From: Burkholderiales bacterium
Lineage (GTDB): Bacteria > Pseudomonadota > Gammaproteobacteria > Burkholderiales > SG8-41
Direction: 5' to 3'
Assembly (NCBI GenBank): GCA_046715035.1
Contig: JBKJZR010000314.1
Span: forward strand, 1 to 56,768
Length of the DNA stretch: 56,768 nucleotides
Made by a program: the position numbers and the translations under genes
Notes under the pieces: model-generated
What the model was told of the DNA's origin: nothing
What the model saw: only the letters and a program-made list of their open reading frames with translations
Databases searched by the model: none
Shown here: one piece after another, positions 22,761 to 34,708 of the stretch
Layout: each line of letters starts with the position of its first letter
How positions within the stretch are numbered: the first letter of the stretch is position 1

Positions 22761-23838
22761 CGGGAGTCTGGAAGGCGGAGCCTATGCCGCGCAGCAGGAT
22801 GAAGCGAATGCGCCCGCCTTCGACTTTCTTGTCCAGCCCCATCAGCTGCTGATACCGGGAGAAACCAAAATCAGGCGCGGTCACCGGCAGGCGTGCGCAC
22901 TCGAACAGAGCGACGATGCGGTCTACGTCCGCGCCGTCGATCAGCCCCATCTGCTGGGAAACGCGCGCCGCGATGACCGTTCCCGCGGCGACGGCCTCGC
23001 CGTGCAGCCAGCTGCCATACCCCGCGCCGGTCTCGATCGCGTGCCCAAAGGTATGGCCGAGATTCAGCAGCGCTCGCTGTCCCGACTCTTCACGCTCGTC
23101 CGCCGCGACGACCTCGGCCTTGTTCGCGCACGAGCGCTGGATCGCATACGCCAGCGCTGCGGGGTCGCGCGCGAGCAGGGCATCGATGTTGCGTTCCAGC
23201 CACGCGTAGAACTCTGCATCGCGGATCAGCCCGTACTTGATGACCTCGGCGAGCCCGGCACCCACCTCCCGCGCCGGCAGGCTGTGCAGCGTGGACGTGT
23301 CGGCGAGCACTGCCTGGGGCTGATAGAAGGCCCCGATCATGTTCTTGCCGCGCGGGTGATTGATCGCCGTCTTGCCGCCGACCGATGAATCGACTTGCGC
23401 GAGCAACGTGGTGGGCACCTGGATATAGGGCACGCCGCGCAGATACGTCGCGGCCGCAAAGCCGGTCAGGTCGCCGATCACGCCTCCTCCCAGCGCGATC
23501 AGCGCTGTCTTGCGCTCGCAGCGATTCGCGAGCAGAGCGTCGAACAGCGCATTGAGCGTGTGCCACCGCTTGTTCTCTTCGCCGTCGGGCAGCACGACCG
23601 AGATTGCACTGACTCCCGCCGCGCCGAGCGCTTCGACCACCACATCGAGATATAGCGGGGCAAGTGTGGTGTCGGTCACCACCACCGCGCGGGGCTGCGG
23701 CAGATGGCGTGTCAGCAAAGAGGCGCGCGCGAGCAGGTTCTCGCCGATATAAATGGGATAACTGCGCTCGGCCAGGGCGACCTGCAGCGTGAGCAGGCCC
23801 TCGCCGGCCCCTGATTCGTTCCTTATGGCGTGTGCCAT
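22705..23838 (-). CDS. aroB: 3-dehydroquinate synthase
   Basis: It has the [45 protein letters not shown] motif block and the metal ligands HTFGHAIE / HGEAVA. It lies downstream of aroK. Confidence 0.95.
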   Translation of the reverse strand: MAHAIRNESGAGEGLLTLQVALAERSYPIYIGENLLARASLLTRHLPQPRAVVVTDTTLAPLYLDVVVEALGAAGVSAISVVLPDGEENKRWHTLNALFDALLANRCERKTALIALGGGVIGDLTGFAAATYLRGVPYIQVPTTLLAQVDSSVGGKTAINHPRGKNMIGAFYQPQAVLADTSTLHSLPAREVGAGLAEVIKYGLIRDAEFYAWLERNIDALLARDPAALAYAIQRSCANKAEVVAADEREESGQRALLNLGHTFGHAIETGAGYGSWLHGEAVAAGTVIAARVSQQMGLIDGADVDRIVALFECARLPVTAPDFGFSRYQQLMGLDKKVEGGRIRFILLRGIGSAFQTPDVPPSALATALADSVARA

Positions 23839-23854
23839 GCTCCGCGCGCGCCGA

Positions 23855-24430
23855 TCAGATGCAGCTCCGGTCGAGACCGGCGCCGTGGAAATAGTCGAGC
23901 AGCTTTTGCTCGAGCAGCTGGGCGAGGTTGCGCACGCTCTGGTTTCCGGTATCCACGATCACCGACGCCACTTCGTGATAAAGGGGATCGCGCTGCGAGT
24001 ACAGTTGCTCCAGCGTGCCGTAAGGGTCGGGCGTTTGCAGCAGCGGGCGGTTGCGATCGTGTCGGGTGCGCTGCCACAAATCCGCGAGCGAAGCGCGCAG
24101 ATACACGACCGTGCCGTTGGTCGCGAGCGCGTGCCGGTTCTCGGCGCGCACCACCGCGCCCCCGCCGGTCGCCAGCACGATGTCGTTCAGCGCGACGAGG
24201 TCGCGCAGCGCCGCGCTCTCGCGCGCGCGAAACCCGTCCTCGCCTTCGATATCGAATATCACCGGAATGTTGACGCCGGTACGGCGCTCGATCTCGTGAT
24301 CGCAGTCGTAGAATGTCTTTTCCAGGCGCTTGGCGAGCAGCCGGCCTACGGAAGTCTTGCCGGCACCCATCAGCCCCACCAGAAATACATTTCCGCAGAT
24401 TCCCGGCTGCGCCGTGGCAGGAGGGCTCAT
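23855..24430 (-). CDS. aroK: Shikimate kinase
   Basis: It has the P-loop [16 protein letters not shown] and the ATGGGAV motif. Length is 191 aa, in the conserved pilQ-aroK-aroB order. Confidence 0.93.
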   Translation of the reverse strand: MSPPATAQPGICGNVFLVGLMGAGKTSVGRLLAKRLEKTFYDCDHEIERRTGVNIPVIFDIEGEDGFRARESAALRDLVALNDIVLATGGGAVVRAENRHALATNGTVVYLRASLADLWQRTRHDRNRPLLQTPDPYGTLEQLYSQRDPLYHEVASVIVDTGNQSVRNLAQLLEQKLLDYFHGAGLDRSCI

Positions 24431-24480
24431 ACGGCAGATTGTAGCGTGATTTGCGCTCGCGCTCGCGCGACCGCGTACGC

Positions 24481-24504
24481 AGAAACGGCCGGTTGCCCGG
24501 CCGT
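24481..24504 (-). terminator. Hairpin after pilQ (partial terminator or attenuator before aroK)
   Basis: The minus strand reads ACGGCCGG-gcaa-CCGGCCGT followed by TTCT. This is a perfect 8-bp stem with a short, weak U-tract. Confidence 0.4.
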
Positions 24505-24528
24505 ATGCGCATGGCTGTGGAGCCTGGG

Positions 24529-26658
24529 TCAGCGCAGCGTCAGGCTGTTCTTGATGATACGCGGGCTGATAAAAATGAGCAGCTCGCTCTTGTCGTCGAC
24601 TTTGCTGTTCTGACGGAACAGAAACCCTATGTAAGGGAGGTCGCCGAAGAGCGGTATCTTGGTAGTGGAGGAGCGTTCGTCCTGCGTGTAGATGCCGCCG
24701 ATCACGACGGTGCCGCCGTTTTGCACGAGGACTTCGGTAGTGATCTGCTTGGTGTCGATCGAAGGTCCGGCGGTCGTGTTCTGCCCGACGCTGTCCTTGT
24801 GCACGTTCAGGTTCATGATGATGTTGTCATCGGGAGTAATCTGCGGCTTGACCTTCAGCGACAGGGTGGCTTTCTTGAACGATACGCTGGTCGCGCCGCT
24901 GGAGGTGGCCTGTTGATACGGGATCTCCGTGCCCTGCTCGATAGTGGCTTCGACCTGATCGGCGGTGATCACGCGCGGACTCGAGATGATCTTGCCTTTG
25001 CCGTCGGCCTGCAATGCCGTGATTTCGAGGTTTAAAAAGCGCGTCAAAGCTTCGTTGAACAGAATCACGGAGAACACGCCCGGTATGCTGCCGGCCAGCC
25101 CCTGCGCCGGCAGATTGACCCCAAGCGACTGGTTGAAGAGCGGGATCGGGGTGGCGATCTGCCCAGTGGCAAAACCGGTCGCGTCGAGCGAGCCGCCACC
25201 GAGAATCCGCCCGTCCGTGCCCGATATCGATTGACCTCGAGCCCGGTCGTTGATGCCCAGGCGTGCACCCAGATTGCGGCTGAACGTGTCGGAAGCCTCG
25301 ACGATGCGGGCTTCGATCATGACCTGCCGCACGGGCACGTCGATCTTGCGCACGAGGGCGCGCACTGCTTCGAGACGCGAGGGAGTGTCCTGAACGAACA
25401 GGGTGTTGGTGCGCGTATCGATCACGGCGCTGCCGCGCTTGGAGAGGATGCGCTGGTCCTTGTCGGCGAGTATCTTCTGGAACGCGTCGGCCTTTTGATA
25501 GTTAAGCTGGAACGATTCCGTGCGTATCGGCTCCAGATCGGCGATCTGGGCCTGCGACTCGAGCGCCAGCTTTTCCTTGGTCGCGAGCTCGTCGCGCGGC
25601 GCGATCCACACGACATTGCCATTCTTGCGCATGTCCAGCCCTTTGGTCTGGAGGATGATATCGAGTGCCTGATCCCACGGCACGTCCTTCAGCCGCAGCG
25701 TCAGATTGCCCGAGACGGTGTCACTCGTGATGAAGTTGAAGCCCGTGAAGTCCGCGATCACCTGCAGCACCGCGCGCACTTCGACGTTCTGGAAATTGAG
25801 CGACAGTTTTTCCCCCGTATAGCCCTGGCGTGAGCCCTGGATCAGCTTGGTCGAGTCTTCGACGACCGGCTTGATCTCGACGATGAACCGGTTGTCGGTC
25901 TGGTAGGCCGAGTGCTCCCACAGCCCCTTCGGCTCGATCGTGATGCGCGAATTGCCACCCTGCGCGAAGCTGTCGATCGTCTGCACTGGCGTTGCGAAAT
26001 CGACGACGTCGAGGCGGCGCTCGAGGTTCTTGGGCAGCGCGGTGTTGAGGAAATCGATGACCAGGTTGCGTCCCTGCTGGCGCAGGTCGATGCCGACCGC
26101 GTTATCCGACAGGTCGATCACGATGCGGCCTTCGCCATTCGGCCCGCGGCGGAAGCTCACATCGCGCAGGCTGTGGCGCGTGTCGCTCGGCCTGGCTTCC
26201 GCAAAATGGGAAACCACGGGCCCTGCAATCGGGCCGGCGCCCTGCAGCGTGATGATCACATTCCTGCCGTCGACTTTGGTGTCGTAACCGAGCGGCTTCG
26301 AGAGGTTCATGACCAGGCGCGTGCGATCCCCCGCCTGCACGATGTTCATGTTGCGCAGGTCGCCCTGCTCGACCTCCTGGACGTTCCTGCCGAGCGCATT
26401 GCCCGTTCCCGGAAAGTCGAAGGCGATGCGTGGCGGGTTGTTGATGGTAAAGCCGGCGGGGGGGTTGGCCAGCGGTTGCTTGAGCGAGATGCGCACCACG
26501 ATATTGCCGCCCTGCTGGCCCACAACGTTAATCGACTCGATGCTGTTACTCGTCGCAGGGGGCGATTGCGTCCACGCCGTCATGGTGGTGGCGATGCTCA
26601 ATGCGAGTATCCAGGCGAGGCTGCGTGTCATGCTGAGTATCGTGCGCTTGTGGTTCAT
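24529..26658 (-). CDS. pilQ: Type IV pilus secretin
   Basis: It has a signal peptide, N-terminal AMIN-like repeats and a C-terminal secretin domain (...VVIGGIYTQDERSSTTKIPLFGDLPYIGFLFR...LLIFISPRII). Length is 709 aa. Confidence 0.95.
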   Translation of the reverse strand: MNHKRTILSMTRSLAWILALSIATTMTAWTQSPPATSNSIESINVVGQQGGNIVVRISLKQPLANPPAGFTINNPPRIAFDFPGTGNALGRNVQEVEQGDLRNMNIVQAGDRTRLVMNLSKPLGYDTKVDGRNVIITLQGAGPIAGPVVSHFAEARPSDTRHSLRDVSFRRGPNGEGRIVIDLSDNAVGIDLRQQGRNLVIDFLNTALPKNLERRLDVVDFATPVQTIDSFAQGGNSRITIEPKGLWEHSAYQTDNRFIVEIKPVVEDSTKLIQGSRQGYTGEKLSLNFQNVEVRAVLQVIADFTGFNFITSDTVSGNLTLRLKDVPWDQALDIILQTKGLDMRKNGNVVWIAPRDELATKEKLALESQAQIADLEPIRTESFQLNYQKADAFQKILADKDQRILSKRGSAVIDTRTNTLFVQDTPSRLEAVRALVRKIDVPVRQVMIEARIVEASDTFSRNLGARLGINDRARGQSISGTDGRILGGGSLDATGFATGQIATPIPLFNQSLGVNLPAQGLAGSIPGVFSVILFNEALTRFLNLEITALQADGKGKIISSPRVITADQVEATIEQGTEIPYQQATSSGATSVSFKKATLSLKVKPQITPDDNIIMNLNVHKDSVGQNTTAGPSIDTKQITTEVLVQNGGTVVIGGIYTQDERSSTTKIPLFGDLPYIGFLFRQNSKVDDKSELLIFISPRIIKNSLTLR

Positions 26659-26717
26659 GGTGTTGCCTCCTGATGTACCGGCTGAGCCGCGGATCTGCCG
26701 CCGCTCGCCCGGCTTAA

Positions 26718-27242
26718 TTATCTTGCCGCTTCGTCAACGAGCGTCAGCGTGCTGATGCGCTCGGTCCAGTCGCCGGTGCTGTCCTGCACGATTTCCTTCA
26801 GCTTGATCGCCGACTCGGAAATCTCGGTGACGAGCCCGAAGTTCTGCCCGACGTAATTGCCCGTCCTCACGCGAAACAGGTTGTTGTCGGGGCTTTTCAC
26901 CAGCGCGTAATTCGTCTTGCCCTGCTGCAGCGTCCCAACCATGCGCAGATTTTCGAGCGGATACGCCTCGAGCGGCTCCTTGCGGCGGGCCAGGTCAGGC
27001 TGCAGGCCGCCGCCGGCCGCGCTCTTGGGCGGCTCGATCTTGCGCGGCTTGAACGGATCCACCAGGTTGAAGGCGTCGTAACTGAACGGCTCGTAAGGCC
27101 TGACGTCTGGCAGCGGCGGGATGCGCCCCCGCGGCAGGTTGTCGGACTCCTTGACGAACTGCTTGAGATCGGAATGCTCCTCGCCCATACAGGAAGCGAG
27201 CGAGACACAGGCCAGCGCCACGAGCACCAGGTTGCGGTTCAT
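26718..27242 (-). CDS. pilP: Type IV pilus assembly lipoprotein PilP
   Basis: The internal ATG at 27242 gives MNRNLVLVALACVSLASC... (a lipobox, LASC), for 174 aa. Its ATGA overlaps the pilO stop. The 405-aa track ORF is an Arg-rich out-of-context extension across pilO. Confidence 0.85.
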   Translation of the reverse strand: MNRNLVLVALACVSLASCMGEEHSDLKQFVKESDNLPRGRIPPLPDVRPYEPFSYDAFNLVDPFKPRKIEPPKSAAGGGLQPDLARRKEPLEAYPLENLRMVGTLQQGKTNYALVKSPDNNLFRVRTGNYVGQNFGLVTEISESAIKLKEIVQDSTGDWTERISTLTLVDEAAR

Positions 27243-27877
27243 TTCTTGCCCGCCTTGTCCTTGGCGTCGCGTGCGGCCTTTTTCTGCTTCGACAATTCCT
27301 CCTCGTCGAGATAGCGGTAGGTCTTGGCGACCGCATCCATTGCCAGCGCGCCATCCTTGCCCTGATTCACTGCGATGTCGTTGAGCAGCACGATGCGCGA
27401 CAATTTCGATATGTCGCTCGCGAAAGCCCCCATATCGTGGTAGTTCCCCGTGACGCGTATGTTGATCGGCAGTTCGGCATAGAACTCCGACACGTTTTCC
27501 TGTGCCGCGGGCCGGAACAGCTCGAATTGCAGGCCGCGTCCCAGACCGGCCTGATTGATGTCGGTGAGCAGCGCTTCCATTTCGGACTTGCCGGGGAGCT
27601 GCTTGAGCAGCGTGCCGAACGATTTTTCGATGTCCTCGAGCTGCCGGCGGTAAGCATCGAGATCGATCGCCTGGCGTTTCTTGTCGAGGAAGGTATCGCG
27701 CAGCGCCAGCTCTTTTTTCTTCGCGCCGTCGATGGCCTCGAGCTGGGCCTGCCAGTCGAGAAAATAGCTCGCGATGACGATTGCGATCAGCACCAGCAAC
27801 AGCACGGCGAGCTTGGGCAGTGCCGGCCAGCTGCCGATGTTCTTGGGATCTAGGCGCCGCAGGTCGTCGAGCGTCAT
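27239..27877 (-). CDS. pilO: Type IV pilus inner-membrane assembly protein PilO
   Basis: It has a single TM helix (LAVLLLVLIAIVIASYF), a coiled coil and a PilO-like C-terminal domain (LPINIRVTGNYHDMGAFASDISKLSRIV). It is translationally coupled to pilN and pilP. Confidence 0.88.
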   Translation of the reverse strand: MTLDDLRRLDPKNIGSWPALPKLAVLLLVLIAIVIASYFLDWQAQLEAIDGAKKKELALRDTFLDKKRQAIDLDAYRRQLEDIEKSFGTLLKQLPGKSEMEALLTDINQAGLGRGLQFELFRPAAQENVSEFYAELPINIRVTGNYHDMGAFASDISKLSRIVLLNDIAVNQGKDGALAMDAVAKTYRYLDEEELSKQKKAARDAKDKAGKK

Positions 27878-28548
27878 GGCCGGTTACTCGCATCCAGTTG
27901 AGCGGTTGTGAACACGGGCGCGCCGGGAAGCGCACTACCCGCTGCGGCGGCCTTGGGCGGCGGTTTCGCGCCGGGTTTTTTCCCGGCGGCCGCCGGGTCT
28001 TCGGTCGCGGCGCGCGTCAGCGAGACCATCAGACTGAATTCGCTCAGCCGCTGATTGCGGTCGATCACCGCCTTGATCTCGACCAACCGCGGGCCTTCGA
28101 GGTAAGGCGAGGCCTCCAGATTGCGCATGAAGGTGGAGACCCTTGCGTTCGATTGTGCATAGCCGCTGATATTGATGCTCGGACCCTTCTGCGAAATGCT
28201 CTTCAGATACACGCCGTCGGGCATTTGCCGGACGAGCTGGTCGAGCAGGTACACGGTTTCGGCGCGGTTCGCCTGCAGCGATTCGACCACTTTCTTACGC
28301 TGCAGGAGCGCCGCGGTCTGCTCTTTCAGCTTCTTGATCTCGTCGATCTGTTTCTCGAGCAGCGCGATCTGCGACTCGAGGTAAGTGTTGCGTTCCTGCT
28401 GGTTCGCGAGCTCGCCGTTGAGCGCCGTATGCACGCCGAACCAGATGGCAATGCCCAGGCCGGCGGTCGACGCGAGCATGATGAAGAATTGCTTTTGCTG
28501 CTGCTTGCGCTTGATCTCGCGGTGCGGCAGCAGGTTGATGCGTATCAT
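27874..28548 (-). CDS. pilN: Type IV pilus inner-membrane assembly protein PilN
   Basis: The ATG at 28548 gives MIRINLLPHREIKRKQQ..., the conserved PilN N-terminus that binds PilM, followed by a TM helix. Its ATGA overlaps the pilM stop. Confidence 0.88.
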   Translation of the reverse strand: MIRINLLPHREIKRKQQQKQFFIMLASTAGLGIAIWFGVHTALNGELANQQERNTYLESQIALLEKQIDEIKKLKEQTAALLQRKKVVESLQANRAETVYLLDQLVRQMPDGVYLKSISQKGPSINISGYAQSNARVSTFMRNLEASPYLEGPRLVEIKAVIDRNQRLSEFSLMVSLTRAATEDPAAAGKKPGAKPPPKAAAAGSALPGAPVFTTAQLDASNRP

Positions 28549-29651
28549 GCGTCGAACCTCCGCATGGCAAGACCGCATGCGACCATGAGCGAAGGGGCAT
28601 CAGTGCTCAGGTGCTTCGGTCTGATCTTGGACGACAACGCCATGTTGGCGAACGGATTGGCCACCATCGTCGGCACCGACGTGCGGCGGGTAACGATCTC
28701 GTCGATGCCGGGAATCGCCGCGCAGCCTCCGGCCAGCAGAATCTGGTGGACCTGGTTGAACTGGGTCGACGTAAAGAAGAACTGGAGCGCGCGCGCGACT
28801 TCCAGGCCGAGCGTATCGACGAACGGCGCGAGCACGTCGGTGTCGTAGTTGTCCGGGAGCCCGCCGGTGCGCTTGGCAGCTTCGGCTTCTTCCGGCGACA
28901 TGCCGAACTGGCGCTGGATCTCCTGCGTAAGCTGGTTGCCTCCGAACGGTTGCTCGCGCATGTAGATCGACTGGCCGTTGCGCAGGACGTTCAGGTTCAT
29001 CATCGTCGTACCGACATCGACGATGGCCACATTCTGGTCCTTGCCGTTGTCCGGAAGCTGGCGCTGGATCAGCTCGAAAGCGGTCTGCGCCGCGAACGAT
29101 TCCACGTCCATCACCGCCGCTTTCAGGCCCGCAGCCTCGGCGGCGGCCACCCGATCCTCGATCTTCTCCTTGCGGGAGGCCGCGATGAGCACTTCGACGT
29201 CGTCCGGGCTGTTGGGTGCAGGGCCGATGACCTGGAAGTCGAGGTTGACTTCATCGAGCGCGAAAGGAATATATTGATTGGCTTCCGTCTCGACCTGCAT
29301 CTCGAGTTCATCTTCCTGCTGGCCCGCCGGAACGACGATTTTCTTGGTGATGACCGCCGCCGAGGGCAGTGCCAACGCCAGACTCCTGATGCTGGTGCCC
29401 ATGCGCTTCCAGCAGCGCTTCAGCGAGTCGGCCACCGCATCCAGATTCATGATGTTGCCGTCGACTACGGCATCGCGCGGCAGCGGTTCGATCGAATACC
29501 GCTCGACGCGGTAGAGGTGCCTGCCCGCGTCGGCGATCTCGACCATCTTGACCGACGAGGAACTGATGTCGCAGCCGATCAAGGGGGGCGCCTTCGATTT
29601 GAAGAGGCGCTCAATGACGTGGGGATTAAACTTCATTTTTCCCTTAAGCAT
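28545..29651 (-). CDS. pilM: Type IV pilus assembly ATPase-like (actin-fold) protein PilM
   Basis: It has LIGCDISSSSVKMVEI..., IVDVGTTMMNLNVL and ILLAGGCAAIPG, which are actin/FtsA-like motifs. It is the first gene of pilMNOPQ. The start may be Met1 (29651) or Met6. Confidence 0.92.
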   Translation of the reverse strand: MLKGKMKFNPHVIERLFKSKAPPLIGCDISSSSVKMVEIADAGRHLYRVERYSIEPLPRDAVVDGNIMNLDAVADSLKRCWKRMGTSIRSLALALPSAAVITKKIVVPAGQQEDELEMQVETEANQYIPFALDEVNLDFQVIGPAPNSPDDVEVLIAASRKEKIEDRVAAAEAAGLKAAVMDVESFAAQTAFELIQRQLPDNGKDQNVAIVDVGTTMMNLNVLRNGQSIYMREQPFGGNQLTQEIQRQFGMSPEEAEAAKRTGGLPDNYDTDVLAPFVDTLGLEVARALQFFFTSTQFNQVHQILLAGGCAAIPGIDEIVTRRTSVPTMVANPFANMALSSKIRPKHLSTDAPSLMVACGLAMRRFDA

Positions 29652-29879
29652 GGGCTGGTTAGCACCAATTTAAATAATTTACATTAAATGCTAGCAACAA
29701 CTCCTGACCATGTAAAGTATTTGCTGTGCATTTCTTTTACCGCGGACGGCGCCTATAATGGCGGCGGATTTGCAATATAGCCTACTTTTTGCGCATACGC
29801 TGCTGTGTGGCGACCCCGTAATAAGCCCCAAAATTAGGCTGTTGTTTTTCTACAACAACATCTGTCACATCCCGTCCCG
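29652..29879. promoter_or_regulatory. AT-rich divergent promoter region between pilM and mrcA
   Basis: This 228-bp spacer is far less GC-rich than the surrounding sequence. It contains a perfect TATAAT on the plus strand (29754-29759) and several A/T tracts on both strands. No precise -35 elements could be assigned. Confidence 0.4.
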
Positions 29880-32228
29880 ATGATCGTTCGCTGGTGGCTA
29901 TTCCCTGTCGTGCTGGTTGCGGTCGCCGTGGTGGCAGCGGCTTTAGTCGTTGTTTTCGCGGCAGTTATCGTTATGCCCACGCTTCCTTCGCTCGAGTCGC
30001 TGACCGACTATCGGCCCAAAATTCCGCTGCGCGTCTACAGCGTAGAAGGCAACCTGATTGGCGAGTTCGGCGAGGAGCGCCGGGCGCTGATCAAGATCAA
30101 AGACGTTCCGGAGGGCATGCGCGATGCGATCCTCGCGGCGGAGGATGAGCGCTTCTACGAACACGGCGGCGTCGATTATGTCGGCGTCATGCGGGCGGCG
30201 ATCTCGAATTTTGCGGCAGGCGGCACGCGCCAGGGGGCGAGCACGATCACCATGCAGGTCGCCCGTAATTTTTTCCTGTCCAGGGAAAAGACGCTGACGC
30301 GCAAATTCAATGAGATGCTGCTCGCATTCAAGATCGAGCACAGCCTGTCCAAGGACGAGATTCTTGAGCTTTACGTCAATCAGATTTTTCTGGGACAGCG
30401 TGCGTACGGCTTTGCCGCGGCCGCCCAGATCTACTTCGGCAAATCCCTCGATCAGCTGAACATCGCCGAAATGGCGATGCTCGCGGGTTTGCCCAAGGCG
30501 CCATCGAGCTTTAATCCGGTCATCAATCCGAAGCGTGCCAAGCTGAGGCAGCAATATGTCCTGAGGCGTATGCGCGAGCTCGATCTCATCACCGATGAGG
30601 AATGGCAGGCGGCCGACAAGCAAACGCTCACGGTGAAGCGCAATGTCAACGACTTCGTGGTGAAGGCGGACCATTTCTCCGAAATGGTGCGTCAGGTGCT
30701 GTACGAGCGTTATCAGGAAGACGCGTATACCCGTGGTTTCAGGGTTTACACCACGCTTTCCATCCACCATCAGGACGCCGCTTATGCTGCGGTGCGCAAA
30801 GGCGTGCTCGAGTACGACCGCAGACACGGCTACCGCGGTGCCGAAAGCTTCGTCGAGCTGGGCCCCCAACCCGACGATGAAACGCTGGAGGACGCACTGC
30901 AAGAAGAACTCGAAAGCGGCGATCTCTATCCCGCGGTGGTGATCGAGGTCGGTCCAAAGGCCATCAAGGTGTACCGCAAGGGCGGCGATGTGCTCGAAAT
31001 CGGCGGCGACGGACTCAAATTTGCCCAGCGCATGCTCGGCGACAAGGCGCCGGTCAATCAGCGGCTGCGCCGCGGCGCGATCATACGCGTACAGAAAGAC
31101 GACAAGGACCAGTGGCAGATCGTGCAATTGCCGCAAGTGGAAGCGGCGCTGGTGTCGGTCGTGCCGCAGGACGGGGCGATACGTGCGCTGGTGGGCGGAT
31201 TCGATTTCAACCGCAACAAGTACAACCACGTCACGCAGGCATTGCGTCAGCCGGGCTCGAGCTTCAAGCCCTTTATCTATTCGGCTGCGCTGGAAAAGGG
31301 TTTCACGACTGCGACGATCATCAACGATGCTCCGCTAAGCTTCGATGCCACGCAGACCGGTTCCGAGCCCTGGCAGCCCAAGAACTTCGATGGCAAGTTC
31401 GAAGGGCCCATGCGACTGCGCACCGCGCTCGTCAAGTCGAAGAATCTGGTTTCGGTGCGGATTCTGCAGGCGATCACGCCGCATTACGCGCAGGACTACA
31501 TCACGCGCTTCGGCTTCGACCCTAAATACCATCCGCCCTATCTGACGATGGCGCTTGGCGCCGGTAATGTCACGCCGCTGCAAATGGTCGGCGCCTACGC
31601 GATTTTCGCGAACGGGGGATTTCGCGTGCATCCATACTTCATCGAACGCATCGAAGACGCCAGGGGTAACGTTATCGCGCAGTCGCGCCCTGAGCGTGCG
31701 GGCGGGGGTGCGGAACGCGCGATCGATGCGCGCAACGCATTCATCATGCACAGCCTCATGCAGGACGTCGTACGCATGGGCACGGGGGCTCGGGCGATGC
31801 AGCTGAAGCGCACCGATCTCGGCGGCAAGACCGGTACGACGAACGATTTCATCGATGCCTGGTTCTGTGGATTCGGCACCGGGCTGGTCGCGGTTTCGTG
31901 GATCGGCTTCGACAATCCGCAGACGCTGGGCCGCAATGAAACTGGCGGGCAGGCGGCACTGCCGATGTGGATGGGTTATATGGGCAAGGCCTTGAAGGGT
32001 GTCGAAGAGCAACCGCGTGTCGTTCCCGAAGGCGTGGTGCAGGCACGCATCAATCCCGAGAACGGCCTGCGCATGCCCGGGGGCAGCGGCGGTGGCGGCA
32101 TCGTCGATTTTTTCTACCAGGAGTTCTTGCCAGCCGAGCAGGACATGGGTGAGTTCGCATCGCAACTGCAGGGCTCGCAGGGGAGCGTTATGCGGCCCGC
32201 TGAAGAAGTCAAAAGCCAGTTGTTTTGA
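29880..32228 (+). CDS. mrcA: Penicillin-binding protein 1A (bifunctional glycosyltransferase/transpeptidase)
   Basis: It has an N-terminal TM helix, the GT51 motifs (EDERFYEHGGVD, RKFNEMLLAFKIE) and the transpeptidase motifs SSFKP, SKN and KTGTTND. Length is 782 aa, in the classical divergent arrangement with pilM. Confidence 0.95.
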   Translation: MIVRWWLFPVVLVAVAVVAAALVVVFAAVIVMPTLPSLESLTDYRPKIPLRVYSVEGNLIGEFGEERRALIKIKDVPEGMRDAILAAEDERFYEHGGVDYVGVMRAAISNFAAGGTRQGASTITMQVARNFFLSREKTLTRKFNEMLLAFKIEHSLSKDEILELYVNQIFLGQRAYGFAAAAQIYFGKSLDQLNIAEMAMLAGLPKAPSSFNPVINPKRAKLRQQYVLRRMRELDLITDEEWQAADKQTLTVKRNVNDFVVKADHFSEMVRQVLYERYQEDAYTRGFRVYTTLSIHHQDAAYAAVRKGVLEYDRRHGYRGAESFVELGPQPDDETLEDALQEELESGDLYPAVVIEVGPKAIKVYRKGGDVLEIGGDGLKFAQRMLGDKAPVNQRLRRGAIIRVQKDDKDQWQIVQLPQVEAALVSVVPQDGAIRALVGGFDFNRNKYNHVTQALRQPGSSFKPFIYSAALEKGFTTATIINDAPLSFDATQTGSEPWQPKNFDGKFEGPMRLRTALVKSKNLVSVRILQAITPHYAQDYITRFGFDPKYHPPYLTMALGAGNVTPLQMVGAYAIFANGGFRVHPYFIERIEDARGNVIAQSRPERAGGGAERAIDARNAFIMHSLMQDVVRMGTGARAMQLKRTDLGGKTGTTNDFIDAWFCGFGTGLVAVSWIGFDNPQTLGRNETGGQAALPMWMGYMGKALKGVEEQPRVVPEGVVQARINPENGLRMPGGSGGGGIVDFFYQEFLPAEQDMGEFASQLQGSQGSVMRPAEEVKSQLF

Positions 32229-32239
32229 GTTGCACGGTC

Positions 32240-33836
<1,597 letters not shown>

Positions 33837-33984
33837 CTAGCCAAGTAATTGAAACATCAAACTATATTTTTTCCGCGGGCGCAGGGAACTCGGCTGAAAC
33901 GCGCCAGTCTCATAAATAGACGATGTTTACTCGTCTCCCGCTTCTCCTCCCTGAGCGGGCGCCTTAATCTTTATTAAGGCTTGA

Positions 33985-34020
33985 CCCCCGGTTTTACTCC
34001 CCTTTGACCGGGGGTTTTTT
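33985..34020 (+). terminator. Plus-strand-oriented intrinsic terminator-like hairpin with no plus-strand gene upstream
   Basis: The plus strand reads CCCCCGG-(16 nt)-CCGGGGG followed by TTTTTT. It is preceded by a perfect 8-bp hairpin, GCCTTAAT-cttt-ATTAAGGC (33961-33980). The 3' arm and the T-run lie inside the last engB codons on the opposite strand. Confidence 0.4.
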
Positions 34021-34617
34021 ATTCGTGCCGTCGCCCAGCCACGCGTCAATCTGGTCGGTGGCCTCAACGATACCGATTTTGCGCGTGCTGGAAAAGAGTT
34101 GCACGCTGCAATCTCCGTATTCGCGGCGCAGCTGCGTTGCCACTGAGTCGAGCGTGTGCGCCGCTTGCTGGCGCGACAGCTTATCGGCCTTGCTCAGCAG
34201 CACGTGCAGCGGCACCCCGCTCGGCGCGAGCCATGCGAGCAGTTGCCGGTCGAGAGGCGTGAGCGGATGGCGCGCATCCATGATGACGACAATGCCGCGC
34301 AGCGAGCGCCGGGTTTGCAGATAATCGCCGATCAGCTGGTCCCAATGTGCGCGCGCTTTTGCCGGCACGTCGGCATAGCCATATCCCGGCAGATCGACGA
34401 GATACCGTCCCGCGCCCACGCGAAAAAAATTGATGTGCTGCGTGCGCCCTGGCGTCTTGCTGACGAACGCCATGCGTTTGCGCTGCGCGAGCGCGTTGAT
34501 CGCGCTTGATTTGCCGGCGTTGGAGCGGCCCGCGAACGCAACTTCGGCGCCATGCGCCGGCGGCAGATTTCGCGTGTCGGCAACGGTGGTCAGAAATTCT
34601 ATCTCGCGGAGCGACAT
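33994..34617 (-). CDS. engB: Ribosome biogenesis GTP-binding protein EngB/YihA
   Basis: The ATG at 34617 gives [43 protein letters not shown].... The G1 motif is GRSNAGKSS, and DLPGYG and SKADK are also present. Length is 207 aa, in the classical divergent pairing with cytochrome c4. Confidence 0.92.
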   Translation of the reverse strand: MSLREIEFLTTVADTRNLPPAHGAEVAFAGRSNAGKSSAINALAQRKRMAFVSKTPGRTQHINFFRVGAGRYLVDLPGYGYADVPAKARAHWDQLIGDYLQTRRSLRGIVVIMDARHPLTPLDRQLLAWLAPSGVPLHVLLSKADKLSRQQAAHTLDSVATQLRREYGDCSVQLFSSTRKIGIVEATDQIDAWLGDGTNKKPPVKGE

Positions 34618-34708
34618 GCGTCGCCACCTAGCCCATGGGTATCGATTTCGATAGAATACGGCGTTTCCATCGGCGTGCCACGAGATACAGCGTCCAAAGG
34701 AGTAGTAG

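Noticed and set aside
24431-24443. -10-like hexamers abutting start codons, as evidence for leaderless mRNAs: TACAAT 7 nt before the aroK ATG, and similarly TATAAT at 46476-46481, 5 nt before the pepP ATG.
   Set aside because: No acceptable -35 elements lie at 16-18 nt spacing. aroK is normally co-transcribed with pilQ. Two isolated hexamers are within chance expectation.
26718-27935. A 405-aa version of the pilP ORF extending upstream through pilO.
   Set aside because: The upstream 231 residues are Arg/Ala/Gly-rich and overlap the well-supported pilO frame. The internal Met at 27242 gives a proper lipoprotein signal (LASC) and an ATGA coupling with the pilO stop.
33923-33967. A 14-codon plus-strand ORF (MFTRLPLLLPERAP) upstream of the orphan terminator.
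   Set aside because: It has no Shine-Dalgarno sequence and no downstream gene to regulate, and its length is within chance expectation. It is mentioned only as context for the orphan terminator.
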